DNA of 64,000 nt from Chiloscyllium plagiosum (GCF_004010195.1 NC_057750.1:12003144-12067143); one strand, 5' to 3'. Shown: positions 1-12,761, counted from the first letter of the stretch. The notes: generated from the letters alone by a model not told the origin. Program-made: numbers and translations.

Positions 1-419
1 TAGGGTGGCCAAGAGTCAGCCCTGTGGGTTGTGTGTTTATTGCTGTTTTGTATCACTGCACAAGATGAGATGTGACCTTTACATTATGCCTTACTTTCAG
101 TGATGCGCTCTGATGCACAGTATCCATTGGTGCGTGTTATGGATGTTTCCTTACTGCTCAACCTTTTATCCCTGGGGGATGTTATGTTTTCTTTTTATGG
201 AATGTATCTGGTTTATTACGTACCTTTTATAAAAGGAGAAAATGACCCATGTAACACTTTTGTTCCAGTTTATGTCATGTTTTTTGTTATTGTTTACATT
301 GAGATTTGGGGTGTCCTATGTTGGTGTCTCTATTTCTCTGCTGTATGGTGATTTGTTGTTATATGATTATGGTGATGGTGGTGGTGGTGATGGGGTGGGG
401 GTGGGGGCAGTGTAGGGAG

Positions 420-1618
420 TGGCTTTACCTGTACCCTTGAGGACAGGGACCATAGCAGAGTCTGGTCTGATTTGGTGTCGGGGAGAAGGTTGGGGGACAT
501 GGCCATGAGTGTCACCAGAGTTGGGGATGTGCTGGGTGGTGGGGGCCTGGGCTGGATGCTGCTGCAGGAATTGGCACATAGGGTGGTGGGAGACATCCAG
601 CCTGTGACCACTGCCACCCAACGCCTCAGAACGGCGGTGCTCGAACCCGACATTGTGCACCAGTTGGAGAATGATGAAGTGTGCGATGGACTCCTGTCTA
701 TGTGTAACCCCGTTCAGATGGAATTTCACCAGGATCCCATACCTCCCACCCTCGGGAGCCTGTACCCCTCAACCTCAGCTGCCTCCAGAACATAGGCAGT
801 ATAGACTTTACAAGGGCAAAACGGCAGGCCATGTATGGACTTCTGCCTCACACCATTCACATCGTTTCCTCCATCCATCGCCTACAAATGCATTGGTGTG
901 CCCAATTACAACCAGGCGATGGGGATCTCAGTGGAGGGCTCTCTTTGCAGGAGTCCTCCCTCTTTCTCTCAGGGATCTGGGGTGGAGGGTGTTGCATGTG
1001 CAGTCCCATGTGACTGCAGATTGCAATGGTTCATGGACTCCCGGTCCCACTGTTTTGCCGTGTGGTGGAGTCAGTGGACCATATATATGTTGGCTGTGGG
1101 CGTTTGCACTCCCTTTTCAGTTATCTCAAAGACCTTCTTCTTTGTTATTGGATGCACTTCAGCCCCACGCTCCTGGTCTTTGGGTAGCCAGTGGGGAAGG
1201 GAGTAGGCAGGTCAGAGGAGCTCCTTGCGGGTCTACTCCTGGGCTGACCAGACTGGCTATAAACAGCTCCAGGCAGCGGGCTGTGGAGGGGCTTGTTTTG
1301 GCTGATTGCTTGCCCTCTTCCATGGTTATGTTCGAGCCCGGGAGTCTTTGGAGAGGGAGCATGCGGTGTGTTTTATTTCCTTTCCAATTCTGTCTTGATT
1401 TGATCCCTACCCTCTCCTTCACCTTTTCTTTCATGTAAGCATTGCCACCAGCAGGGTTTTGTTGTTATTGGCTCCTTGGCCACATGGCTGTTTTTCCTGA
1501 TGGTGGAATATTAATAAAGGTATTTATACAACTGGTGTTTTCACTGTGTCCTACACACACACCTGGAGAGAACAAGCACCAGTACTGTATGGCAGTAGTT
1601 TAGGGTAATTAAAAATAA
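420..1618 (+). mobile_element. 5'-truncated, degenerate Tx1-clade (L1-group) LINE: ORF2 C-terminus plus 3' UTR
   Basis: ORF 653..1438 has LPLSLRDLGWRVLH followed by a frameshifted Cys/ESVDHIY zinc-knuckle-like segment and LTRLAINSSRQRAV, typical of Tx1/L1 ORF2 ends. AATAAA at ~1513 and an A-rich end at ~1611-1618. Confidence 0.7.
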
Positions 1619-1791
1619 ATAACCAGGAGATTAGAATCTCTTGCGTTGAGAGAAAAAATATATAACCAGGAGATTTAGAATCTCATTTCAGGGGACTGAA
1701 TCGGCACTGATTGGCTCCAGCCAGCATACTGCGCACAAGTAAATAAAGGGTGACTTGGTGACTGGATACTGGCCTCTATTTAGTTATTTCG
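1619..1791 (+). mobile_element. 3' half of a Gypsy-type LTR (same family as 31396-32372)
   Basis: 1732-1791 (gcacaagtaaataaagggtgacttggtgactggatactggcctct...ttatttcg) aligns by eye with the LTR end at 32314-32372. It begins at an (t)ataaccaggag motif and is not followed by a PBS. Confidence 0.7.
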
Positions 1792-2686
1792 GTCTGGAAT
1801 GTTGTTTTTCTTGAATCTTTTCTCAGTTGCTCTTTATTCAAAAACTTCAAATAAACCCTCTGAATCAAAAATGGAATCAAAGGCAGGGCTTGCCAGTTTG
1901 TCCTGTATTTTGTGACTTGTTGATAACTCTATACGGCTCATTTTAATCTGTCTTGCTTCAGAGCTTATGCTTGTGCAGTAGTTAAGCAGAACAATAGTTG
2001 TGTATGGTTGACTTTTGGCGTTCTGTTCGCATTAACTGAAGTGAATGGTGGGAATGCGAGATACCAATTGCCTTCAGGGTTGCACAATCCTTCTAATATT
2101 TTCCAATCACAGTCATGGCAACTGATTTTAAGATTTGTAAATTCTAGAAGGTCCACTACAGTAATCCTCAGAGTGTCGGCCAGAATTTATTTTGTTCATT
2201 TGTGGCATTTGCTGAGGTGTTCATAGAAATTTGATTTAAGTGAACTGGCAGCACCAAATGTGCTAACAAAAGCAACAGAAATGCTGACTTACATTTGGCT
2301 AGGTGAAAAAGAGCTTGAATGACTTATCAGGTCTATTTATGTAATACTGATTCAGTAAATTGATATCTTATCGAAACATGTTATATTTTCCTGCTCATGC
2401 CTTTTTGATAGACAGATCTTGCCAGTATTATCTTTCAAGCAGCATTATTAGCTTTGAAAGTTATTTGTTTCACTGAAGAAATTAGATCAAGTTCACTTTT
2501 CTGTACCAGGACTTGTACTGGAAACGTTAGTTGGCACCTTACATGTGTTTCATACACAGATATCTATGTGTCAAATCAAGCAGCAAAAGGCTTTCAGCGA
2601 TTTGCAAATATAAGTTTTCACCTTTCCGAGATCAGAAACCAACACCCCACTGATTTGGACATACACAGAACGGAGTATTTAGAAGA

Positions 2687-3019
2687 CTATTCCTGCAGTG
2701 TGGAAACAGGCCATTTGGCCCAACAACTCCATACCAACCCTCCAAAGAGTATCCCAGCCAGACCTATTCCCCTACCCTATTATTCTACATTTACCCCCTC
2801 ACTAATGTACCTAACCTACACATCCCTGAACGGGTAATTTAGCATGGCCAATTCACTTAACTTACACATCTTTGGAATGTGGGGGGAAACCGGAGCACCC
2901 GGAGGAAGCCCACGCAGACACGGGGAGAATGAGCAAACTCTACACAGTCACCCCAGGCTGGAATTGAACCCTGGTACTATGAGGCGGAAGTGCAAACCAC
3001 TGAGCCACTGTGCTGCCCC
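2687..3019 (-). mobile_element. HE1-type tRNA-derived SINE
   Basis: Reverse complement of the tRNA-like head (ggcagcacagtggctcagtggtt...ggttcaattcc), the tgtggagtttg body and the cctgtttccacactg tail. Confidence 0.9.
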
Positions 3020-3066
3020 ATGTTATGATCCATCTCTCACATCATATGTTATGATCCATCTTTGCG

Positions 3067-3318
3067 TCAGGTGGGACCTGAAGCCAGACCTATTGGTCCA
3101 GAGATAGACTCTATCTCTCCACCATAAGGTCCCAAAACTCCGCTTTTAAACAGGTATTTTTCATCAATCTGTTCAGACACGTTATAACACACATTCAGGG
3201 CAAGTGGGTGTTGTGGCTCACAGGCAGGGGCACTACCACTGTGCCACAAAGCCCAAAATTCAGACGCTGTATGTGGGATTTGAACTCAGGCGTCCTGGCT
3301 CAGCGATGGGGACACTAT
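3067..3318 (-). repeat. Three decayed tRNA-like SINE heads in tandem
   Basis: Recurrent gtggga(c/t)ttgaa...gggacacta(ccactgtgccac) units, with related + strand pieces at ~25722 and ~55690. Confidence 0.45.
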
Positions 3319-4109
3319 TTGAGGCTGATAGGCACCTCCATTTCTAACTCTTGACAATCTGTCTTTTTTTAGCTGATCATCCACTTAATTACAGTTTCAC
3401 AGAATTATTATAGCACTGTCAGAGTTCATTCAGCCCATCATGAGTCTAAAGGAGCAACTTGCTCACTACCATTCTCTCATTTTCCTGTTTTTCTGCAGAT
3501 TCTTTCCTTCCAGATGCTCATATGCTGTAATTCCCTTGTGAATGCCTCAATTGAACCTCCCTCCACCACACATCTCTGGCAGTACATTAAAGTTCCTAAC
3601 CACTCACTATGTGAAATAGGTGGATACAATTAAAAGGCATCTGAAAGGTACATGAATAGGAAGGGTTGAGAAGGATATGGGCCAAATGGGGATAGATTAG
3701 TCGAGAATATTTGGTGGGCCTGGACAAGTTGGACTGTAGGGTCAGTCACTGCTGTATAACTCTGTGACTCTATGACTGTGACTCTATATCACCATTACTT
3801 CTTTGTCTATTATGTTTAGATCTGTGCCCTCTTGTTGTCAATTCTTCCACTAATGGGAACAATCTTTCCCTCTACTGTGTCCAAATTCCCTTTGATTTTG
3901 AATAAAGCTATGAAATCTCTTCAATCTTCTCTCAAAGAAAGAGCTTTCCAATTCCTCTAACCTATCTATCTGAAGTTCTGAGTGAATTCTTTCTGCATTC
4001 TGATTTCTTCACATTGTTCCTAAAATATGGTGCTCAGGATTAGATGTAGCTTTCCAGTTTAAGTCAAACCAATGTTCAACACAAGGTTATCACATCTCCC
4101 TTAATAATA

Positions 4110-4730
4110 GCAAGGGTCTTTTCCCAAGGGTGGGGATTTAGATTAGATTAGATTCCCTACAGTGTGCAAACAAGCCATTTGGCCCAACAAGTCCACACCA
4201 TCTCTCTGAAGAGTAACCCGCCCACACCCATTTCCCTACCCTACATTTACGCCTGACTTATGCACCTGACCTGCACATCTTTGGACTGTGGGAGGAAACC
4301 GGACCACCCAGAGGAAACCCACGCAGACATGGGGAGAACGTGCAAACTCCACACGAGGCTGGAATCAAACCTGGGTCCCTGGTGCCGTGAGGCAGCAGTG
4401 CTAACCACAGCGTCACCGTGGGATGTTCAAAACTAGGATGCATATTTTTAAGGTGAGAGGAGGAAGTTTTAGAAAGGACATGAGGAGCAACTTTTTTTTA
4501 CACACAGCAGTTCTTGTGTGAAATGAACTGGCACAGGAAGTGATAGATGAGGGTAGTTACAGCATTTAAAAGACATTTGGATAAGCATGTGAATCGGAAA
4601 GGGATATGGGCCAAGCCCAGGCAAGTGGGACTCGCTTAGTTTATGAACATGGTCGGTGTGGACTAGTTGTACCGAAGGGTCTGTTTCCATGCTGTATGAC
4701 TCTATGACTATTGTGCTCTATGACTAAACT
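4110..4730 (+). mobile_element. CR1/HER1-type LINE 3' end interrupted by a HE1 SINE
   Basis: aagggtcttttccc...aggtgagagg...gaagggtctgtttccatgctgtatgactctatgact tail. Confidence 0.85.
4135..4419 (-). mobile_element. HE1-type SINE
   Basis: (agatt)n tail, body and tRNA head on the minus strand. Confidence 0.9.
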
Positions 4731-6355
4731 TAGGCTTTTCAGTTCAAAGAATTTTCAGGCAGATTAGCGTTCCTGACTTTTGGAACTTGTTTTGCATTCA
4801 TTAGCATGTCATGAATACTCATTAACACCCCGGCCGCTGGAATTATATTCACGGGTACAATCTTGTTATTCGAAAACAGAAAACTCGTGCATTCACAGCC
4901 CTGACTAGCATAACACTGATGGAGTAGACTTCTTCCTAAAAAGGTTTTGTGAGTACAAACGTCACCAGTTACTAGGATCCTTCACAATCACGTTTTTTTA
5001 TTGTGCAAACACTTACAGTGTTAGGGGTGAGGTCTCTCTTTGTAGATCAGCTTGAGAGAATTATTAGTCATATGCGGTCTAGCTTGTTGTTAATTGTTTG
5101 TTGTTAATAGTTAGGGGTGAAGCTTGACTGGGTTAACAAGCAAGTCCCAGCCACACAAACTGACAGTGGCAAATCTGACCACGACAGGTAAATGGGGTGA
5201 ATTTAAAAGGTGACTCAATTCAACAGGCCATTTTTTTGTAGCTGTGTCCTTGCGTCTGAGCAAGCCTTTGGTGAAAGCTGTCTGATATGTAGCTTCTCCT
5301 GGTTGCAATGATATGTCAGTGGCTTGCTTGTACAAGAGCTTCTGAGTGCTGTGGCTCCTTTTATGTTTTAATTATGGAACCCTGGCAGATGTGTGAGAAG
5401 GAGCACTGTTGTGATGCTCTTTTATTATTTTATTATTTAATAAAATCTTTTATTATTTAATTATTTAATCGTGGGACGTGGGCGTCCCTGGCTGTCCAAC
5501 ATTTACTGCCCATCTCTAGTTGCCCTTGAGAAGGTGTTTTTGAGTTATCTTCTTGAACTGCTGCAGTCCATGTGCTCTAGGTAAACCCATGAAGCTACCA
5601 AGGAGGAAAATCCAGGATTTTGACCAAGTGACAATGAAGGAACAGCAGCATATTTCCAAGTCAGGGTGGTGAGTGGCTTGGAGGGGAACATGCAAAGGTG
5701 TGCATTTCCCATGTGCCTGCTGCCCTTGTCCTTCTAGATGGAAGTGGTTGTGGGTGTGGAAGGTGCAGGCTAAGAAGCTCAAGTGAATTTCTGCAGTGCA
5801 TTTTGTTGATGGTACGCACTGCTGCTATTGAGCATCGGTGGTGGAGGGAGTAGATGATTGTCAATGTGATGCCACTGAAATGAATGGTTTTGTTCTGGTT
5901 GGCCTCAAACTTTTGAGTGCTGTTGGAGATGCACTCATCTGAGCAAGTGGGGAGCATTTAACACACTCCTGACTTGTGCCCAAAAGATGGTGGACAGGCT
6001 CTGTGGAGTCAGCAGGTGAGTTACTCACTGCAATATCTCTCGTCTCTGACTTGTTCTTGTAGCTACATTATTTATTTGTTGAGTCCAGTTGAGTTTCTGG
6101 TCGATGGCAACTCCCACGATGTTAATAGTGGGGGAATTCGGTGATGGTAACACCATTCAATGTCAAGGGGCGGTGGTTAAATTGTCTTTTATTGGAGATG
6201 GTCATTGCCTGGCATTTGTGTTGCATGAATGTTGCTTATCAACTGTCAACCCAAGCCTCGATATTGTCCATGTCTTGTTGCATCTGCACATGGATTGCTT
6301 CAGTATCTGAGGAGCTACGAATAATGCTGAATGCTGTGCAGTCATTCCCACTTCT

Positions 6356-6795
6356 AGGGTGTAGCTTTGCTCGCTGAGCTGTAGGTTTGATATCCAGATG
6401 TTTCATTACCTGGCTAGGTAACATCATCAGTGGCGACCTCCAAGTGAAGCGAAGCTGTTGTCTCCTGCTTTCTATTGTCCTGGATGGGGTTCCTGGGGTT
6501 TGTGGTGATGTCATTTCCTGTTTGTTTTCTGAGGGGTTGATAGATGGTGTCTAGATCTATGTGTTTGTTTATGGCGTTGTGGTTGGAGTGCCAGGCCTCT
6601 AGGAATTCTCTAGCATGTCTTTGCTTAGCCTGTCCCAGGATAGATATGTTGTCCCAGAACAGCTTCGCTTCACTTGGAGGTTGCCACTGATGATGTTACC
6701 TAGCCAGGTAATGAAACGTCTGGACATCAAACCTACAGCTCAGTGAGCAAAGCTACACCCTAAACCTCAACCTGAGCTACAAACCTTCACAAATC
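6356..6795. mobile_element. Penelope-like element remnant with inverted pseudo-LTRs
   Basis: ~105 bp inverted repeat (6355-6460 vs 6658-6763) flanks a minus-strand GIY-YIG C-terminal piece (QAKQRHAREFLEAWHS). TSD cccacttct at 6347-6355 and 6796-6804. Confidence 0.85.
6684..6723 (+). ncRNA. Minimal hammerhead ribozyme motif (Penelope pLTR)
   Basis: cca-CTGATGA-t-gttacc-tagcca-ggtaat-GAAACGTC-tgg: conserved core, stem II and stem I (cca/tgg). Confidence 0.7.
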
Positions 6796-6899
6796 CCCAC
6801 TTCTGACTTTATGATGGAGGGAAGGTCATTGATGAAGCAGCTGAAGAGAGTCCCTTGCAGCGACAACCTTTCAATTCTAACTCACCCTTACAGAGAGAG

Positions 6900-7392
6900 C
6901 ATTCAGTAGAGTGTGGTACATACCCTGACAAAGCACAGCAGATCATTCATTCCCTTGCAATACTGGAGTCAGGTTCACTTGAGCTGGTACTGAATTCCAC
7001 AGCCACCTCTGCCCAGGCTAGCTTTGTTACTTGGGGTAGCACCTCTCCCTGGACTGCCTTCAGAAAACCTCTAAAGAGGCTGTTGCTGCTTTTTACTTGG
7101 TCTCTGACATCTGCAGGAGTTGGGTGGTTTGTTGAGCAGAGGGACAAGTGATTCTGCTTAGTTGTAGAGAGTACCTTTTAAATACAGTCCTTGGATGTTG
7201 GAGACTGCAAGGTCCCAGTGAACTTGAGAACATCCTGCATTCAAAATTTGGCGTTCTACACATGCGTGATTATATAATGAGCTGAGAAGAATATAATTGT
7301 GCTGGAAAACTTTCCCTGTTGCATTTATGCTCACATCTACACTTAGTCTCGATAAAAGGAAGTTCCGCTCAAGAAGGCGAGAAAGATCTGAC
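6900..7392 (-). mobile_element. Harbinger-type DNA transposon remnant (Myb/SANT-like ORF fragment)
   Basis: Minus strand with frameshifts reads LEVF/LKAVQGEVLPQVTKLAWAEVAVEFS...T*LQYCKGMNDL, resembling the Harbinger-associated Myb/SANT pattern AWxEVA...RTxxQCRKRxNDL. Confidence 0.5.
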
Positions 7393-8293
7393 CACAAAAT
7401 AATAAATTTAGCACAGAGGTCAGAAACTTTAATCTCAAGAGCTTTCCTTTTTTTAAAATCAATAAAGTAGTTTAAGAGTTACAATGCTGTTAATGAACTT
7501 CCAATAATAATGAAGAATAAATGTATCATTTTGCTTGATGCAAATGTAATTTATGACCTCTGATCTAAATGAAGTTTATTAGAATTTAATTGTTTTGTGG
7601 TTAAACATTTTTGTCTGACAGCTCCTTCTAAACCTATGACCTCTACAACCCAGAAGAATAAGTGCAGCAGAAGCATGGGAATAAGACCGCCTGTAGTTGC
7701 CCTTTGAACCACTCACCGTCCTGATTTGGGAAGATATCACCATTCCTTCACTGTCACTGGGTCAAATTCCAAGAACTCTCTCTGACAGCACAGGTGGATG
7801 TGTCTGCACCATGTGGATTACAGTGGTTCCCTTTAAAGTGATGGGTGAGTTGCCAATCAAATTGGCTGCCTTGTCTTGGAGACAGGCACTTTGTTTTCAT
7901 CACTATGACATTTTAGCTTACAGCCGGATCAATCCCAAAATAAACTTGGTTCAGTAGAGAAATGAACAGAGTATGCCTTTTTGTAGTAAGTGACTAGTCA
8001 ACAATTCAAATAAGCAGAGGCAGATAACTGTTATCACAATAGCCCGGACATGACTACCAACTGAGCAAATATCTACGGATACAGTCTGGTCACCGATAAG
8101 GTGCTAGGTCTGAGCTAAACTGTCAACCTCCAAAACTGTACAGCCTCACTCCACTGGTAGTGCTAACCACCTCCTTTATCCCCTCGTGATTGTGTTCACT
8201 GTCTCCCTCACCATCCCGAGACAGTTCTGAACTACTCCCTTGATAAAGTTTTGGGAATTCAACAGCAAACATTCTATTATAATGCCAAATGAA

Positions 8294-8673
8294 TGAGAGT
8301 GTCAGTGGAAGGGTACTGTTGGGGACATTGGGAGAGGAAGAAATGGAGGGCTTGGAGGCCCTGGTCATGGCAGATGGAGGTGTAGAGGGATAGGATGTCC
8401 ATGGTGAAGATGAGGCATTGGGGGCCGGGGAAACGGAGGTCTTGGAGGAGATGGAGGGAGTGGGTGGTGTCCCAAATGTATGTGAGGAGTTTCTGGACTA
8501 GGGGGGATAGGACAGTATCGAGGTAGGTGGAGATGAGTTCGGTGGGGCAGGAGCANNNNNNNNNGAAATGTCGATTTTCCTGCTCCTCAGATGCTGCCTG
8601 ACCTGCTGTGCTTTTCGAGCACCACTCTGATCTAAACTCTGGTTTCCAGCATCTGCAGTCCTCACTCTTTGCC
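8294..8673 (-). mobile_element. Penelope-like RT fragment plus pLTR across an N gap
   Basis: Minus strand reads LIFTMDILSLYTSICHDQGLQALHFFL (PLE RT motif). After the gap comes the gatgctgcctgacctgctgtgc pLTR repeat. Confidence 0.8.
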
Positions 8674-8762
8674 TATTCTATTATAATGGCCTATCATAAT
8701 GTTTTACAGCATTGGGAATTCAACAGTTAAAAAACCTCAATTATAGTGGCTTACTATAATCT

Positions 8763-9401
8763 TGACTGTGTGCCTGCCTTCTGGCAGGCTTAGACCGGAA
8801 ATCACAGTGGGTGTCTTGGTTATCTCAGAACCAGAGGAATTGTCTGGAACCATGGGTGTGTATTTTGCCCTCAGCCCTCAGCAAAGCTATTTATTCCTTG
8901 GATAAGACTGTTGACCCTGATTATGGGTCTTATTAACTGCCTCTTGTTCCTATCAACATACTTCCTTACCTATTGACAAGGGTTTGTGAAGACCAACAAT
9001 GACTGCAATACTGGATTCTATTGTCTACCTCCTTACCTATTAACACAAGATTGTGAATAATACAGTAACAGGCTCATGTGAACAATTCGGTCTTTGTCAC
9101 AGGAAGGTAGCAATTGCGAGTCATTGCAAGATTGAGAAATACCTGTCTTTAACAATATAATAGCAATCAGCCATGTGATGTTAAGGACTTTGTATTAGTC
9201 GCACCGGAACAAGATATAAAGTATACTGTTTGCATGTAATGTTCAGAGATTCATCAAGGGGTACCACCACAAGAAGGCTATGAGAATCCTTTGGTGTCAC
9301 CCAGAATCTCTTGCCACCTATCCAGAAATAAAGGTTTGTTCCTCTTTAAACTGAAATTTGTGTCATCCGGAATTGAGAGTCAAAACCCTCACCACCCTGA
9401 C
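8763..9401 (+). mobile_element. Probable solo LTR (family unknown)
   Basis: TATAAA ~9215, AATAAA ~9327 and a ...ctgaCA end at 9401. The 5' boundary and TSD are unresolved. Confidence 0.4.
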
Positions 9402-10369
9402 AGCACTCAGTCTGTCCATCACCTTCAACCGTGCAACCATCACATCCCCGGCCCACCCCTCCCCGGGTAGCTGACAGGAGTCAGGGATTCCAGAAAATGA
9501 TACGGGAAAATGGGAATGGGAAAGGGTGAGCACTTTCCAAGGGTGGATTGGAAGGGCAGTAGGGGGGAGAAATAGAAGGGGTACTGTGTGAGTGGGTATA
9601 GGAAGAGGTGAACGTTGTATTGGAAGAGTGACGGGTGAATTATCTGGGGTGGGGGCAGGGCACCTGAGATGGGTTGAGGACTGTCTGGGAGTGACTGGGA
9701 AGGAGTGTACTGTCTGGGTAGGGGTGAGCATGGTATGGGGGCATTGACTGAGTTGTTTCAGTTGTCTGAGGGTGAATCACCCGGGGGAGTAAACATTGTC
9801 TGGGTGAGGTTGAAAATTGCCATGAGTGTGTTTACAGTCCAGTTGATGTAATTTAAGTCTCGGTCTTGAGCAGGTTTTACATCTGCTCTGAAAAGCTCCA
9901 CGTAAACCTGTGTAAACATCAGGTAAGTGTATAGCAAACAGCCCACGTTTGCGTTGTTATGGCTATCTCAGCCCACTGTCATCTGAATCATGCAGCTGTC
10001 TGGGAAACAGGGTAAAACCAGTTACTGGAAGTTTACACTTTTTGTGTTGGCAACTGAAAGTGTGCATATGCCAGGGCCTCTTATGGTCTAGTGAGCATCT
10101 GCAGCACAAGTTGAGTTAGAGGCCTCCCCATCAATGGAAAATTTGGGCCATTATGTTTCCTTCGTTTCATTTTCCCTCTTAGTCTTAACCTGCAACTCCC
10201 TCTTGTGGTAATCTGTGCTGAACCACTATGCTGCTGCAGTACAATTTCTGGCAACATCTGCTTTATTTCATGCCTGATAATGCCTTTAAAAACATTTCAT
10301 CGGCTGGAATAATTGTCAGCAATATAAAAGGTAAAGTCATTATAGTACTACCGACAAGGAAGTACAAAT

Positions 10370-11080
10370 CAGTAGTGTGATTAAATCATTTCCACTTGCC
10401 TCTGTGAGTGCTGCTCCAACAGCATTCAAGAACCTTCACACCATATTAGGACAAAGCAGCCTGTTTGATGAACATCTCATCCACCACCCCAAATATCCAT
10501 CCCCTCTACCACTGATGCACAGCGATGCATTGCAGAAACTCACAAAGGCTCCCTCAATGGGTTTCCTCCGGATGCTCAGGTTTCCTCCCACAGTCCAAGG
10601 ATGTGCAGGTCAGGTGAATTGGCCATGCTAAATTGCCCATAGTGTTAGGTCTATTAGTCAGGGGTAAATGTAGGGGAATGGGTCTGGGTGGGTTACTCTT
10701 CGGAGGGTCTGTGTGGACTGGTTGGGCCAGATGGCCTGTTTCCACATTGTAGAGAATCTAACTTAAAAAAAATCTAATAGCATATTCCAAACTCATCACT
10801 TTGACCACCTGGAAGCACAAAGGCAGCTAATACAATGGGAGCATCTCCACTTTCAACTCCCCATCCAGCAAGTCACTCACCACCCTGACTTAGAACAAAA
10901 ATCTCCATTCCTTTACTGTCGTTAGGTCAAAAGCCCAGAACTCCCTTTCTAACAGCATTGTAATGTCTCTGCAAAAGATGAACTGGAGTGGTCAAGAAGA
11001 TACACACCACCATTTTCTCAAGAACAATTAGGGATGGGGAGTAACTGCTGGCCCAGCCAGTAACAACCAATCCCCTGAAA
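10370..11080 (+). mobile_element. Second CR1/L2-group LINE 3' end, interrupted by a truncated HE1 SINE (10557-10777)
   Basis: PLASVSAAPTAFKNLHTILGQSSL-type decayed ORF end and the family tail (caattagggatggg...tgctggcccagccag). Confidence 0.7.
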
Positions 11081-12093
11081 GAATAAAAATGAAAGGTAGG
11101 TTTTATGCTGAGCCCTAAAGAGAGGAGATGTGCAGAGATTTAGGAATGGAATTCCAGAACTCAACAATGTTAAACCAAGATTCAATCTGGGGAAGGATTG
11201 AATCATGAACTCAAAGGATCTGTATTGCTCCACTGGGAAATTAGCCCCACACTTTACTTTCTCTCCATCATTGACCATCACAGTGTCAGCTTGTCCCCAG
11301 TGCAACAGAAATCACCACAAAATAAACATTCCACACAAATTTTATGAATCATATCTTCTTTTTTCTAATATTCAGAGATGCTTTTGTACATCACTGAACG
11401 TTTTCTTCCCCATAACAAATCCCCAATGTTACACCTTTTGCCTCCTTTATCCTCCACCGTTAAATCACACATGTTTTTAATCCAATCATCTATCTACATG
11501 CAAAGCGCATTTGGGCAGTTTAATGGAGCAACCAGCTCTGGTGGATGCCGTGTACTCCCTCTCCAAGGACACCTGGGCACAAACGTAGCTTTTAAATACC
11601 AAGCCCCTTGAGGTCACTTGCTCTCAATCAACTTTGGAGCTGCTCTGTTTTCCCCTTAAAGGGATCTGCATACCTAACATCAACAAACAATTATTGCTTC
11701 TAGACTCAGGGCCTTCCTGCTGTCTCACTCTATCAATTCTTTGTTAATTGTCTTTCACAAACTTAGGTATCAAATGATATTGATTTTATTTCTTTCAAAT
11801 GTCTATTCCAATGCTGCAATAAATTAGTTGGGGACATCATGTGAGATTCACCCAGGTCCAGCACAATATTTGCTTACAGACCAAACAAGACACAGTTTTA
11901 GAGACAGAGGACAGTCTGGAACAGAAGTCAAAGAAAGACTTATATTTTATAGCCTAACTGTCCATTGTTTCAAATCATTTTTTAGATAATAAAGCATTTC
12001 TGAAATGTAATCATAGTTGAAACACAGGAAACGTAGCAGCTAATTTGTGCATGCCAACTCCCGGAATCAACAATATTATAATAATAATCAGGA

Positions 12094-12297
12094 TTTGGAG
12101 GTGCCAGTGTTAGACTGGGGTGTACAAAGTTAAAAATCACACAACACCAGTTTATAGTCCAACAGGTTTATTTGGAAGCACTAGCTTTCGGAGCGCTGAT
12201 CCTTCATCAGGTGGTTGTGTGGGAGCAGTGCTTCGAAAACTAGTGCTTTCAAATAAACCTGTTGGACTATAACCTGGTGTTGTGTGATTTTTAACTT
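12094..12297. mobile_element. Palindromic non-autonomous Penelope-related element (family B)
   Basis: Inverted arms aaagttaaaaatcacacaacacc...aacaggtttatttggaagcactag with a hammerhead motif in the centre. Confidence 0.75.
12179..12213 (-). ncRNA. Minimal hammerhead ribozyme motif
   Basis: Reverse complement cac-CTGATGA-a-ggatc-agc-gctcc-GAAAGCTA-gtg, with one stem II mismatch. Confidence 0.6.
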
Positions 12298-12454
12298 TAT
12301 AATAACCAGATAAGCTATTATTTGTAATGTTGACTAAGGTCAAATATTGTCCAAGGCATTGAGGATAAACCTCCTGCTCTTCTACAAAACAGCAGCATGG
12401 AATCTTTTATGTTCATGAGGGCAGTTCATCCAAAAACATAACAGTTTTGTGAAT

Positions 12455-12761
12455 TAGAATACCTACTGTAGAATCAGGCCTTTCGGCCCAACAAGTCTAC
12501 ATCGACCCTCCAAAGAATACCCCACCTAGACCCATTCCACTTGAATAATGCACTTAACCTTCACATCCCTCAACACCATGGGCAATTTAGCATGGCCAAT
12601 TCACCTAATATGCACATCTTTGGATTGTGGGAGAGCACCTGGAGGAAACCCATGCAGATACAGGGAGAACATGAAAACTCCATGCAGACAGTCGCCTGAG
12701 GTTGGAATCAAACCTAGGTCCCGTGAGGCAGGAGTGCTAACCACTGAGCCACCATGCCACC
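12455..12761 (-). mobile_element. HE1-type SINE (inserted in a decayed Deu-domain SINE spanning ~11930-12860)
   Basis: HE1 head, body and tail on the minus strand. Confidence 0.85.

Larger units (their letters stand above)
5470..6850 (-). mobile_element. Second CR1/L2-group LINE family, 3' part (interrupted by a Penelope-like element)
   Basis: Minus strand encodes decayed RT C-terminal text (QMQQDMDNIEAW...). The same 3' region recurs at ~10370-11080, 13050-13470, 41320-41600 and 48115-48790. Confidence 0.7.

Noticed and set aside
330..729. Poly-His/poly-Pro ORFs on the minus strand
   Set aside because: Produced by a (TGG/TGA)n and G-run tract antisense to a Tx1 fragment.
7175..7387. Possible 71-codon symmetric coding exon (minus)
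   Set aside because: No recognisable protein, weak acceptor, no partner exons, and adjacent to a Harbinger-like remnant. Not called as CDS.
9760..9930. Exon with donor CAG|GTAAGT at ~9923
   Set aside because: Lies in what appears to be a decayed interspersed repeat, with no convincing reading frame.
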